NCBI GenBank assembly: GCA_963830715.1
Contig: CAWHNS010000011.1
Location: 65,243 to 129,242 of the forward strand
Source of the DNA: an uncultured delta proteobacterium
GTDB taxonomy: Bacteria > Desulfobacterota > Binatia > Binatales > Binataceae
Reading direction: 5' to 3'
DNA length: 64,000 nucleotides
Below the pieces are notes generated by a model that searched no databases, was not told the DNA's origin, and saw only the letters and a list, made by a program, of their open reading frames with translations. Shown piece after piece: positions 48,859 through 57,864 of this stretch. The number at the start of each line of letters is the position of its first letter. The first letter of the stretch is position 1. The position numbers and the translations under genes are program-made.

Positions 48859-50244
48859 ATGGAACATCCGGACCGCGGGGCGCATCGCCATGAGCTCCAG
48901 GACGTGGCCGAGCCCAACCTGATGCGCGAGATATTTCCCTACGACTCGGTGCCGAAAATCGTCTTCGACGGCGCAACCGATCCGATCGATCCGGCGCCCG
49001 AGTTCTACGTAACCGACACGACCTTTCGCGACGGGCAGCAGGCGCGTCCGCCGTACACCGTGCGGCAGATCGCCGACTTGTACCAGATGCTCCATCGGCT
49101 CGGCGGGCCCAATGGCGTAATCCGGCAGTGCGAGTTCTTCCTCTACACGAAGGTCGATCGCGACGCGGTCAGCCAATGTCTGGAGACGGGCTACGCGTTT
49201 CCGGAGGTGACAGGATGGATTCGCGCCGTCAAGTCCGATCTACGGCTGGTCAAGGAGATGGGCCTCGTCGAGACGGGAATCCTGACCTCGTGCTCCGACT
49301 ACCACATTTGCCGGAAGCTGAAGAAGACCCGGCGCGAAGCGATGGACGACTACCTGGCGCTGGTGCAGGCCGCGCTCGATCTCGGCATCCGCATCCGATG
49401 CCATCTGGAGGACGCGACCCGCGCCGACTTCTACGGCTTTGTGGCGCCGTTCGTTTCGCGGCTGATGGAACTGCGCGAGCAAAGCGGCATCCCGATCAAG
49501 ATCCGGGTCTGCGACACACTCGGGTTCGGGGTGCCCTTTCCGGGTGTGGCGCTGCCGCGCAGCGTGCCGAAGCTGATAATGGGCTTGCGGCGCGCTTGCG
49601 GCGTGCCGCCCGAATGCCTGGAATGGCACGGGCACAACGATTTTCACAAGGTGCTCGCGAACGCCACCGCGGCCTGGCTCTACGGATGCATGTACGCCAA
49701 CGGCACGCTGCTGGGCTTCGGCGAGCGCACCGGTAATCCGCCGCTCGAAGGCCTGCTGATCGACTATATCTCGATGCGCGGCGATGCGAACGGGATCGAT
49801 CTGCCGGTGATCACGGAAATCGCCGAATACTTCGAGCGCGAGATCGGCTATCGGATTCCGCCGACCTATCCGTTCGTGGGGAGCGATTTCAACGTGACGC
49901 GGGCCGGCATCCACGCCGACGGGTTGCTGAAGGATGAGGAAATTTACAACATCTTCGACACGGCCAGGCTGCTCCGACGGCCGCCCCGGGTCGCAGTTGA
50001 CAAAACCTCGGGCAGCGCGGGAATCGCGTGGTGGATCAATGACTACTTCAGGCTGCCGCGCGATCGGCAGGTAGCCAAACAGTCGGAGGCCGTTCAGAAG
50101 ATCGCGCAATGGATCGACGCGCAGTATCGCGACGGCAGGACCACGTCGATCTCGGACGCCGAGATGGTCTCGCAGGTAAGCATCCACCTGCCGCTCGTCT
50201 GCGAACAACGCGCAGCAGGGGCGGCGCTTGTGCCGCGAGCATAG
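48859..50244 (+). CDS. HMGL-like (DRE-TIM) acyl-CoA:2-oxoacid condensing enzyme, homocitrate/isopropylmalate/Re-citrate synthase family
   Basis: Start ATG 48859 after a GAGGAGG SD. Motifs TDTTFRDGQQ, CHLEDATRAD and EWHGHNDFH...GFGERTGN are the metal and substrate motifs of this family. Its length (about 461 aa) and lack of a LeuA regulatory domain fit a Re-citrate-synthase-like subgroup, which is an inference. Confidence 0.75.
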   Translation: MEHPDRGAHRHELQDVAEPNLMREIFPYDSVPKIVFDGATDPIDPAPEFYVTDTTFRDGQQARPPYTVRQIADLYQMLHRLGGPNGVIRQCEFFLYTKVDRDAVSQCLETGYAFPEVTGWIRAVKSDLRLVKEMGLVETGILTSCSDYHICRKLKKTRREAMDDYLALVQAALDLGIRIRCHLEDATRADFYGFVAPFVSRLMELREQSGIPIKIRVCDTLGFGVPFPGVALPRSVPKLIMGLRRACGVPPECLEWHGHNDFHKVLANATAAWLYGCMYANGTLLGFGERTGNPPLEGLLIDYISMRGDANGIDLPVITEIAEYFEREIGYRIPPTYPFVGSDFNVTRAGIHADGLLKDEEIYNIFDTARLLRRPPRVAVDKTSGSAGIAWWINDYFRLPRDRQVAKQSEAVQKIAQWIDAQYRDGRTTSISDAEMVSQVSIHLPLVCEQRAAGAALVPRA

Positions 50245-50343
50245 GCGGACGCAGGCGAAGCCGTCGTTTTCGATTGCGCGGGAAAGAGCTAGGATGCCGG
50301 ACGCGTATTCGATCGGCTCGCAATCGGAGGTGGAAGTTCGCGA

Positions 50344-50883
50344 ATGATCCTCAAAGTCGCCCGCCTGGGTCATCCCGTGGTGCGGACAGGGGCGAAAGCC
50401 GTAGCGCCCGAGCAAATCCGGACCGCCGAGTTCCAGCGGCTGATCGACGACATGATCGAGACGATGCACGAGTACAACGGCGTCGGGCTCGCCGCGCCGC
50501 AGGTGCATCTCTCGATTCAGGCCGCGGTGCTGGAGTGCGAGCATAACCCGCGCTATCCGGACGCTGCCCCGATCCGGCTCACCGTGATCGTCAATCCGGT
50601 CGTGACCGTGATTGATGCCACGATGGTAGAAGACTGGGAGGGATGCCTCAGTATTCCGGACCTTCGCGGCGCCGTCCCGCGGTTCAAGGGCGTGCGCGTG
50701 CAGGCGATGGGCCGAAACGGGGAAGCGCTGGATTTCACCGCCGCAGACTTTCACGCGCGGGTCATCCAGCATGAGACCGACCATCTGAAGGGCGAGGTCT
50801 ATCTGGATCGGATGCCCAACTTGCGATCGCTCAGCCATCTGGCGGAGTTCCAGCGCTTCATGCTGGCGCAGGGCAGGGAATAG
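50344..50883 (+). CDS. def: Peptide deformylase
   Basis: Motifs GVGLAAPQ, EGCLSIP and HETDHL are all present. Confidence 0.9.
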   Translation: MILKVARLGHPVVRTGAKAVAPEQIRTAEFQRLIDDMIETMHEYNGVGLAAPQVHLSIQAAVLECEHNPRYPDAAPIRLTVIVNPVVTVIDATMVEDWEGCLSIPDLRGAVPRFKGVRVQAMGRNGEALDFTAADFHARVIQHETDHLKGEVYLDRMPNLRSLSHLAEFQRFMLAQGRE

Positions 50884-50886
50884 CGA

Positions 50887-51183
50887 TCACTTGGGCGGGT
50901 AAGGCGGGGGCAGGTTCGGTACCTTGCCGGTGAGCTTCGCCTCTTGCAGGGCTTTCTCCAGCGCGTCGTTGGCGCGCGTCAATCGCGCTTCTTCGTCCTG
51001 CACCTTGTCCAGCGCGTTCTTGAGAGTCTCATTCTCGCTGGTCAGCTTGCCCACCTGCGCGCTCAGATCGGCGATCTGCTGGGTCTGACGCTCCTGGATC
51101 GCATGCTGCTGCGCGGACCATCGCCATCCGATCGCGATAGCGAGCAGCGCCACGACAAGCGCACCTATTAACGCACGGCCCAT
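50887..51183 (-). CDS. Small membrane-anchored coiled-coil protein (98 aa)
   Basis: This is the C-terminal part of track ORF 50887..51567, starting at ATG 51183. N-terminal TM ALIGALVVALLAIAIGW, then a heptad-like Q/E/L/K-rich helix and a PPPYPPK tail. Confidence 0.5.
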   Translation of the reverse strand: MGRALIGALVVALLAIAIGWRWSAQQHAIQERQTQQIADLSAQVGKLTSENETLKNALDKVQDEEARLTRANDALEKALQEAKLTGKVPNLPPPYPPK

Positions 51184-51267
51184 CTTCCGGAATCCTGGAG
51201 CGCCCAGTCTATCTGAGCGATCGCGCGCGCGAAATGAGGCGGCGAGCGCGTCAGGCGAGAACGTGAA

Positions 51268-51297
51268 TTGACACTGACTATCGCCGGTTCTTAGAAT
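51268..51297 (+). promoter_or_regulatory. Sigma70-like promoter candidate (TTGACA-N18-TAGAAT) upstream of the ABC operon
   Basis: ttgaca at 51268-51273 and tagaat at 51292-51297, about 110 nt upstream of ATG 51407. Confidence 0.4.
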
Positions 51298-51406
51298 ACG
51301 CGGCGGGGATCTCTCACAGACTACTGGAAATGCGATTGGGCGGTGCGCCACACTGGTATGGCGCCCCGGCAATCCCAACCGGCACGACAAGGACTGAGTC
51401 GGACTA

Positions 51407-52366
51407 ATGATCGAGGTCAGGGACCTCACCAAGTATTTCGGACCGACGCTGGCGGTCGATCGGGTCTCGTTCAAGATTGAACGGGGCGAGATAATCGGCC
51501 TGCTCGGCCCCAACGGATCGGGCAAGACCACGATCATGCGGATTCTGACCGGCTTTTTTCCCGCCACTTCGGGGCAGGCGTTTATCGCCGGGCTCGACGT
51601 CGCCGATCATTCGATCGAAAGCCGCCGGCGTATCGGTTACCTGCCCGAAAACATGGTGCTCTATCCGGACTTGAGCGTGACGGCGCTGCTCGAGTTCGGC
51701 GCGCGGGTGAAGGGGCTTCGGCGCGCCGCGGCGCGCGAGCGGATCGAGTTCGCGATCGCGCATTGCGGGCTCGCCGAGGTTCGCAAGAAGCTCATCGGCA
51801 GGCTTTCCAAGGGCTATCGGCAGCGGGTCGGAATCGCGCAGGCGATCCTGAGCGACCCCGAAGTGCTAATCCTTGACGAGCCTACCGTCGGACTGGATCC
51901 GCGGCAGGTAGTCGAAATCCGCGAGCTGATACGCTCGCTGGCGGGCCGATCCACGGTGCTGCTTTCCACCCATATCCTGCCCGAGGTGAACATGACCTGC
52001 CGGCGGGTCGTCATTATAGATCGGGGCAGGATCGTGGCCCAGGACACGCCCGAGGTTCTCACCGCCAAGCTGCAAGGCAGCGACCAGGCGCTGGTCACCG
52101 TGGCCGGACCGCGCGATCAGGTGCGCCGCGCGCTTGCCGAGTTGCCGCAAGTCGAGAAGCTCGAGGAACGGCCGGTCAATCTCGATGCCGGCGCGAACGG
52201 GGTGTGCAGTTTCGCCGCTCTGACCAGGGGCCAGGGCGAGGCGGCGCGTTCCGCGATCGCCCAGTGCGTCGTGCAGCACGGATGGAACCTGCTGGAGATA
52301 AAGCCGGTGGCGCTCAGCCTCGAAGACCTCTTCATGCGCCTGGTGACCAGGGAAGACCAGCTCTGA
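51407..52366 (+). CDS. ABC transporter ATP-binding protein (ABC-2/GldA-like)
   Basis: Walker A GPNGSGKTT, signature LSKGYRQR and Walker B VLILDEP. Confidence 0.9.
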   Translation: MIEVRDLTKYFGPTLAVDRVSFKIERGEIIGLLGPNGSGKTTIMRILTGFFPATSGQAFIAGLDVADHSIESRRRIGYLPENMVLYPDLSVTALLEFGARVKGLRRAAARERIEFAIAHCGLAEVRKKLIGRLSKGYRQRVGIAQAILSDPEVLILDEPTVGLDPRQVVEIRELIRSLAGRSTVLLSTHILPEVNMTCRRVVIIDRGRIVAQDTPEVLTAKLQGSDQALVTVAGPRDQVRRALAELPQVEKLEERPVNLDAGANGVCSFAALTRGQGEAARSAIAQCVVQHGWNLLEIKPVALSLEDLFMRLVTREDQL

Positions 52367-52435
52367 TGGCGCCGGTGCTGCGGACTGGCCTGCGTTACGG
52401 GCCTCCGGCTCCGGCGCGGACCTGTCGGGTGAGCG

Positions 52436-53272
52436 ATGGCTGAGCGCGCGGCGACACTCGAGATCGCCGCGGTGCGCGGCCCGGCGGCCGCGCGCGCGCG
52501 CGGCGCCTCGCGCGCCGGATTCTCGCCCGCCCGCGCGCTGGCGGTGGCGCGCAAGGAGCTGCGCTCCTACTTTGCATTTCCATTGGTCTACATATTGTCG
52601 GCGATTTTCCTGCTGCTGGCGGGATACTACTTCTACATGGACCTGGTGTTCTTCGTCACGATGTCATTCTCGCATGACATCATCCAGAACTACTGGCAAC
52701 TGCTGTTCGGCGACATCCGGCTGTGCCTGATGCTCACGCTGCCGTTCATCACGATGCGGCTGTTCGCGGAGGAGCGCAAGCTCGGCACTATCGAGCTGCT
52801 CTACACCTATCCGCTGCGCGACACCGAGATTTTCTGGGGCAAGTTCGCGGCCTCGATCGTGATCTTCCTGATGATGCTCGCGCTGACGCTGCTCTATCCG
52901 GCCTACCTGTACAATATCCATCGCTTCCCGCTGCTGCCGCTGCTGGCCGGCTACCTGGGCCTGGTGTTGATCGGATGCAGCTTTATCGCGGTCGGGATCT
53001 TCGTCTCGTCGCTGTGCGAGAGCCAGGTGGTGGCGGGCGTAGCCACCATGTCGCTCCTGCTTTTCTTCTGGATCCTCAACTGGAACGAGGCAGCCTTCGA
53101 GAGCGGACTCGGCGACGTGGTCCGGGCGGTCTCGCTGTTCGACCAGTTCGAGCCGTTCGCCAAGGGCGTAATCGATACCTGGCACGTCGCGTTCTTCGTG
53201 TTTTTCATCACGTTCTTCGGCTTCCTGACGCTGCGATCGATGGAGACGCGCAAGTGGACCGGCCGCCGGTAG
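52436..53272 (+). CDS. ABC-2 type transporter permease (GldF-like)
   Basis: About 6 TM helices and a KELRSYFAFPLVYI N-terminal motif. The start may be later than the track start. Confidence 0.8.
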   Translation: MAERAATLEIAAVRGPAAARARGASRAGFSPARALAVARKELRSYFAFPLVYILSAIFLLLAGYYFYMDLVFFVTMSFSHDIIQNYWQLLFGDIRLCLMLTLPFITMRLFAEERKLGTIELLYTYPLRDTEIFWGKFAASIVIFLMMLALTLLYPAYLYNIHRFPLLPLLAGYLGLVLIGCSFIAVGIFVSSLCESQVVAGVATMSLLLFFWILNWNEAAFESGLGDVVRAVSLFDQFEPFAKGVIDTWHVAFFVFFITFFGFLTLRSMETRKWTGRR

Positions 53273-54684
53273 ACAGGACGCCCGGCCGCTGGTCGCCGTG
53301 GGCGAACTACGCGCTGCTGGTCTACACCGCGGTCGCGCTGGCCGCGCTGCTGACGGTCGTCAACCTGGTCATCTTCGATCACAACGTTCGCTTCGATCTG
53401 ACTCCCACCAAGCGCTTCACGCTCTCCGATTTCGACAAGCGCGTGCTCGACGGGATCACGCACGACGTCAAGGTGATGTGCTTCGTGCGCACTGAGGATC
53501 CGTCCTACAAGGAGCTCGAGGAGCTTCTGTTCAGGGTGGCGTCGTTCACGCCCCGGGTCAGCTACCAGATAATCGACGTGAACAAAGCGCCGGGCCTCGC
53601 GCGGCAATACGGCGTGTCGAGCTACGGCGAGGTGGTGGTCGAGTCCGAAGGGCGGCGGCGCGACTTCGACAACGCGCGCCCCGACATCCTGATTCCCGCC
53701 CTGCTGCAGGTCACGCACGCGGCCAACAAGAAACTGTACTTCACCGCGGGGCACGGCGAGCGCGACGTGTTCGATACCAATCGCGAGCTCGGCTACTCGT
53801 CCTTCAGCGGGCTCCTTCAGCAGAACGACTACGAGATCGATAACCTGTCGCTGTTCGCGAGCGGCGTTCCCGATGACGCGAGCGTGGTGATAATCCTGGG
53901 TCCGCGCAAGGATTTTCTGCCCGAGGAACTGGCGGCCCTCGCGAGCTACCTGGCCCGCGGCGGTCATCTGCTGGTGATGCTGGACCCCTATGGCGCGCCG
54001 AGCCTGGTCAGGTTCCTGAAGCTCTACCATGTCGATTTCATCGACCAGGTGATCGTCGATCCCGCCTATCGGCTTTCCGCGGGCGAGATCCTGACCACCC
54101 AGATTCCGCTGCGCAACGAAGACAACACGATCACGCGCTCGATGGTCGGGCCGGCGGTGTTCTCGATGGCGCGCGGGGTCGAGGTGGACGGCGCCGTGGG
54201 CGAATCGGCGCCGGACGGATTGCAGGTGCAGCGCACCAGCGTGCTGCTGCGTTCCTCGCACGAGAGCTGGGCCTCCGGCGACGACAAGGCGGTGACCACC
54301 GGGATCACCGAGTACCGGGCCGGCCGCGACCTCAAGGGACCGGTGCCGGTCGGCGTCGAGGTTGACCTGGCGCCGCCCGCCGACGCGCACGTACCTCTGA
54401 TGAAAATGAGCCGAATCGTCGCCTTCGGCGATTCGGATTTCGCCTCCAATCAATTCTTCGAGATGCTCGGCAACCGCGATCTCGCGGTGAACGCGGTAAA
54501 CGAACTGGCGGGCGACGAAGTCCTGATCGCGAGCCGCGAGCGCGTCAACGCGGCCGAGACCGCGGCGTTTTACGTCAGCGACCAGCAGGCGCGGCGCGCC
54601 TTCATGCTCGGAGCGGTGATCGAGCCGGCCCTGATGCTCGCGATCGGGCTGGTGGTGTTCGCGCGGCGGAGACTGCTCGCGTGA
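53254..54684 (+). CDS. GldG-family ABC-transporter auxiliary protein
   Basis: This is the C-terminal about 476 aa of track ORF 52723..54684. I assign the start to in-frame GTG 53254. N-terminal TM, then FDLTPTKRFTLSDFDKRVL...KLYFTAGHGE, and a C-terminal TM. Confidence 0.75.
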   Translation: MDRPPVDRTPGRWSPWANYALLVYTAVALAALLTVVNLVIFDHNVRFDLTPTKRFTLSDFDKRVLDGITHDVKVMCFVRTEDPSYKELEELLFRVASFTPRVSYQIIDVNKAPGLARQYGVSSYGEVVVESEGRRRDFDNARPDILIPALLQVTHAANKKLYFTAGHGERDVFDTNRELGYSSFSGLLQQNDYEIDNLSLFASGVPDDASVVIILGPRKDFLPEELAALASYLARGGHLLVMLDPYGAPSLVRFLKLYHVDFIDQVIVDPAYRLSAGEILTTQIPLRNEDNTITRSMVGPAVFSMARGVEVDGAVGESAPDGLQVQRTSVLLRSSHESWASGDDKAVTTGITEYRAGRDLKGPVPVGVEVDLAPPADAHVPLMKMSRIVAFGDSDFASNQFFEMLGNRDLAVNAVNELAGDEVLIASRERVNAAETAAFYVSDQQARRAFMLGAVIEPALMLAIGLVVFARRRLLA

Positions 54685-55223
54685 GCGCTCGCCCGGCGAT
54701 ACTGTTCACGTTCCTGCTGGCGATCCTGCTGCCCTACTATGTGCTCGCGGATCGCCCCCAGGTCCGCCGGGCCGAGATCAGGCACGAGCATGCGAGCCTG
54801 CTCGACCTGAGCGCGGTCAACGCCGTCACGATCACGCGCGGAATCGAGAAGCTCAGGTTCGAGAAGACCGCCGACGGCAAGCTCTACAAAATCGTCGCGC
54901 CGCCCAATGCATTCGCTCCGCAGGACCTGATGAACGCGCTGGCGGGACTGTTTATCGAGGCCGGCCAGGTCGAGATCGTCGCCGACGATTCCAGCGATCT
55001 CGCGGAGTTCGGCCTCGATCATCCGCAGTCGGAAATTCTGATCGACGCGCCCGGCAAGCCGCAGCCGATCCGGGTGTTGCTCGGCAGCGAGAATCCGACC
55101 CGCACCGCGGTGTACGCCCGGATCGAGAACTCGCCCAAGGTCTTCCTGCTCGGCCGCAACCTCGAGTACTACCAGGACCTGATGTTCCAGTGGGTCGAGG
55201 GCAAGCAGGGCAAGAACGCATAG
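54681..55223 (+). CDS. DUF4340-like protein (commonly follows gldG)
   Basis: 180 aa, GTG start overlapping the gldG stop, and an N-terminal TM. The family call rests on context and recollection. Confidence 0.55.
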   Translation: MSARPAILFTFLLAILLPYYVLADRPQVRRAEIRHEHASLLDLSAVNAVTITRGIEKLRFEKTADGKLYKIVAPPNAFAPQDLMNALAGLFIEAGQVEIVADDSSDLAEFGLDHPQSEILIDAPGKPQPIRVLLGSENPTRTAVYARIENSPKVFLLGRNLEYYQDLMFQWVEGKQGKNA

Positions 55224-55251
55224 CCCGCGCGGGGAAACATCCGGGCGGGAC

Positions 55252-55722
55252 ATGAAGGGCGAAGCGACCGGCGACTGGCCGCTGGATCTCAGGATCTTCG
55301 CGCTGGCATGCGTGGTGTGGGCGGCCGCTCTGGCGGTCCGGGTCTTCGCGCAGAGCGGGATCGGGCGGCTCTCCGACACGATACAAGCTGTAATCTTCGG
55401 CTACAAGTTATATGGCCTGGAGGCGCGCCTGGTTCTGCTGCTTCAGGCTTCGATATACGCCTCGATCGGGGTTGGAATGATCGGCCGCAAGCGATGGGCG
55501 CTGGTGGTCGCGCTGCTCTACTTCTCGCAGGTGGTGATCGGGCATCTGGTGTTCGTGCTGGCCTATCTTGGCGTTCCGGGACAGGAGCTCCACGTCAAGA
55601 TCGCGGGCTTCGAGGGCCCAGGGATGGTGCTGATTCTGCTGTACCTGTGGATCCGCGTGCCGGGATCTGATCTTCACCGCCGCGCCGCCCGCGCAATCCT
55701 GACGGAGCCGCAAATCGGGTAG
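55252..55722 (+). CDS. Hypothetical membrane protein with about 4 TM helices
   Basis: 156 aa. The hydrophobic helices are readable in the track translation. Confidence 0.5.
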   Translation: MKGEATGDWPLDLRIFALACVVWAAALAVRVFAQSGIGRLSDTIQAVIFGYKLYGLEARLVLLLQASIYASIGVGMIGRKRWALVVALLYFSQVVIGHLVFVLAYLGVPGQELHVKIAGFEGPGMVLILLYLWIRVPGSDLHRRAARAILTEPQIG

Positions 55723-56206
55723 TGTCCCTTTGAAAGATCAGGACACGAGCGGATGGATGAAGGCGCTTTGACTGTCATTCCCGCGCGCGTCTTTCCTTGC
55801 TGGCGCGCGCGAGGAATCCCGGGTTCGGGCGGGCGGGCATCCGGGGATTCTTCGCGCACCGGGCAAAAACGGGCGGCGCGAGCGCCGGCTCCATGGCGCC
55901 AACGCATGAGTAGCGGCCCGGGGCGGACCGGGCGTGAAGCCAGTCGAAGGGCAGCGCGATCCGACGCGCAGAGCCACGGGCGCGGGCAACGTGCTCTGAC
56001 CCCGCAAGGGGTGGGCTCTCACGACCCGCAGCAGGACCTAGCCGGCAGGACTGGCCGGGGCTGTGGACAAAGGGTTTCTCTAGCCGAAGGTTTGCCTGCT
56101 CGCGCTAGGTGCGTCCTTTTCCAGAGCGCGACTGCGGCAAGCGGCAGCCGCGCGGATCGGCGCCGAAGGGAAATGATGCGCGGAGCGAAGCGGAGCGCGA
56201 CCCTCG

Positions 56207-56782
56207 TCAAAGGCAGCCGCGCGCCGGCTTACGCCTACGTGAGGGCGCCCGCGTCAGCTTGTTGTAGTAGTGACAAAGCCAGTCCTCGATTTCATATGGC
56301 CTCAGGCGGCGGAATTGCGGGTGGAGGGCTTTCATCTCTTTCATCTCGATGGCCTCCGGTAGACCCAGAGCCTCAGCGCCGTGACGCGTTCCGGCATGCA
56401 GGTAGACCTTCTTGGGCTCCAGGCCCAGCTTCGCTCCTATTCGAAGAGTGATGTCGTACCGCGTAAGCTCGCCGACACCTTTGATACCGTCAAGTTGATC
56501 TTTGACCACCTTCATCAACGCGTCGAAATCCTTGCAGCCCCTGAGCTTTTTCAGCGCGCTCTCCAGTCCCAGTCGATCGGCGGCTTGCTCCAGGACCGCG
56601 CGCTTGAGCCGCCGTTGGTGGTCTTCCCGCTTTTCCCTTCCCCAATCGCGTGGTCTCTTTGAAAGCGCAGCTTTTCTCACCGCCTCTCGAAGCGTCGTTT
56701 GGCCCTGGTAGAAGTCAAGCGCCCCCCTCAAGCGGCTCCGGTCTTCACGAATGTAGGAAGCAATGCTACCAGCTAAGTCCAT
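56207..56782 (-). CDS. Hypothetical protein with a helix-hairpin-helix-like GVG motif
   Basis: Start ATG 56782 after a strong AAGGAG SD. The sequence is protein-like (…LDGIKGVGELTRYDITLRIGAKLGL…). I do not recognise the family. Confidence 0.5.
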   Translation of the reverse strand: MDLAGSIASYIREDRSRLRGALDFYQGQTTLREAVRKAALSKRPRDWGREKREDHQRRLKRAVLEQAADRLGLESALKKLRGCKDFDALMKVVKDQLDGIKGVGELTRYDITLRIGAKLGLEPKKVYLHAGTRHGAEALGLPEAIEMKEMKALHPQFRRLRPYEIEDWLCHYYNKLTRAPSRRRKPARGCL

Positions 56783-57363
56783 TGACTCACTCCTTTGGCA
56801 GATAGCGCCCGCGTTCGTCGCGGCGGGCGTTCCGGGCGCGCGCGCGACCGGCACGCACCTTAAACGCATTGCGGTGCAGCGAGCGCGCGCATCTCGCGCA
56901 CAATCGCGGACCGCTCGTTAGCGCTCGCGATTGTGGTGGGGTCTCCTCAGTGGTGGACACCGAAGGTTCACTTTTGGGTGAGCTTCAGCGTAAGCGATTG
57001 AAACAGCGCCATGCGACCGCTGATTCTACGCTCGCACGCACGCAAAGACGAGAACGCCCCGGCGGCAAGCTCTTGACAAACCGACCACCGGGGCGAAAGC
57101 TCGGTCGCATTGGGTTTGCGATGAGTGATTTAGAGCACGGCCGGTCCCCGAAGTCCACTTCCACAACTCCAGAGCAACTGCTAGCCGAAGCCTGCAAGCG
57201 TGGTGGTGGCGGGTTGGACGCCAGCGATGTACAGCCGCTACGCGATCGGCGCCGAGAGCGATCTCGAGTTTGCGCTGCCTGATTTGGATCGCTTTCTGCG
57301 CAAGGCCGGTTGGCAGTCTGGTGGCAGTGCCGAGAAAAGTTCAATCAGATCGCGGGCTTTGGT

Positions 57364-57440
57364 TGGTGGCGGCGGTAGGAGTCGAACCTACGACTCCACG
57401 GATATGAGCCGTGTGCTCTGACCAACTGAGCTACGCCGCC
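57364..57440 (-). tRNA. tRNA-Met (anticodon CAT), elongator-type; tRNA-Ile2(CAU) cannot be excluded
   Basis: Hand-folded 77-nt cloverleaf. Acceptor GGCGGCG/CGCCGCC, D stem GCTC/GAGC, anticodon stem CACGG/CCGTG with loop CTCATAT, T arm GTAGG-TTCGACT-CCTAC, discriminator A, and an encoded CCA. Confidence 0.9.
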
Positions 57441-57864
57441 ACCGATCGGATTAGACTAGCGGGCAGGCATCGGCGGCGAAAGAGCGCAGGGCGAAGAGCG
57501 CGGGCCAAAAGCCTGTGCCACTTGGGAAATCGGAGGGCCTGGCTCCTTCCTTCGTAGGGGCGGCTCGCGAGCCGCCCGCGGATTCCGGACGACGGGCGGG
57601 TCGATCCCACTCCGCGTCTGAGCCATCAACATTTGCGTTAAAGCACGCACTCTCGAAAACAATTTTGATCGCGCAGGTCGGTTGACTCCAGCCGACTGAT
57701 GAAATACTTCATGGAAGACTGAGTTTTCTCGAAGGAATCCCGATGCGAATCTTCCAGGAGAATAATCGCACCCGCAAGGGTTGAAGCGGACTTCGATACT
57801 TGGCGTGAAAAAGCCCCGAGCTTCGATGGCCCGGGGCTTTTTCTTTTTGCGATCCGGGACGGCG

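Noticed and set aside
52723-54684. The 653-aa ORF taken as a single protein.
   Set aside because: Its first roughly 177 codons overlap the ABC-2 permease in another frame and look non-protein-like. GldG-like sequence begins near in-frame GTG 53254.
55723-56206. RNase P RNA, tmRNA, SRP RNA or a cobalamin riboswitch in the large convergent spacer.
   Set aside because: On neither strand could I find the hallmark strings: GGAAAGTCCGGGC-type P4, a tRNA-like TTCGA...CCACCA end with a tag ORF, the GGTCCGGAAGGAAGCAGCC SRP motif, or the GCCACTG plus AGYCMGGAGACCTGCC B12 box. The region remains unexplained.
55753-56451. The 232-aa plus-strand ORF as a gene filling the gap.
   Set aside because: Its composition is dominated by R/G/A/S/P. 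It overlaps the well-supported minus-strand gene 56207..56782, and it has no SD or recognisable motif.
57100-57421. A coding-like stretch (ORFs 56869..57282 and 57200..57421), or a tmRNA-like tag, next to tRNA-Met.
   Set aside because: ORF 57200..57421 reads straight through the tRNA gene. There is no start context and no tRNA-like domain for a tmRNA. At best it is a gene remnant.
57364-57440. The CAT-anticodon tRNA as the initiator tRNA-fMet.
   Set aside because: Positions 1:72 form a G-C pair, not the initiator mismatch. The anticodon stem (CACGG/CCGTG) lacks the three consecutive G-C pairs. It is therefore an elongator Met, or possibly Ile2.
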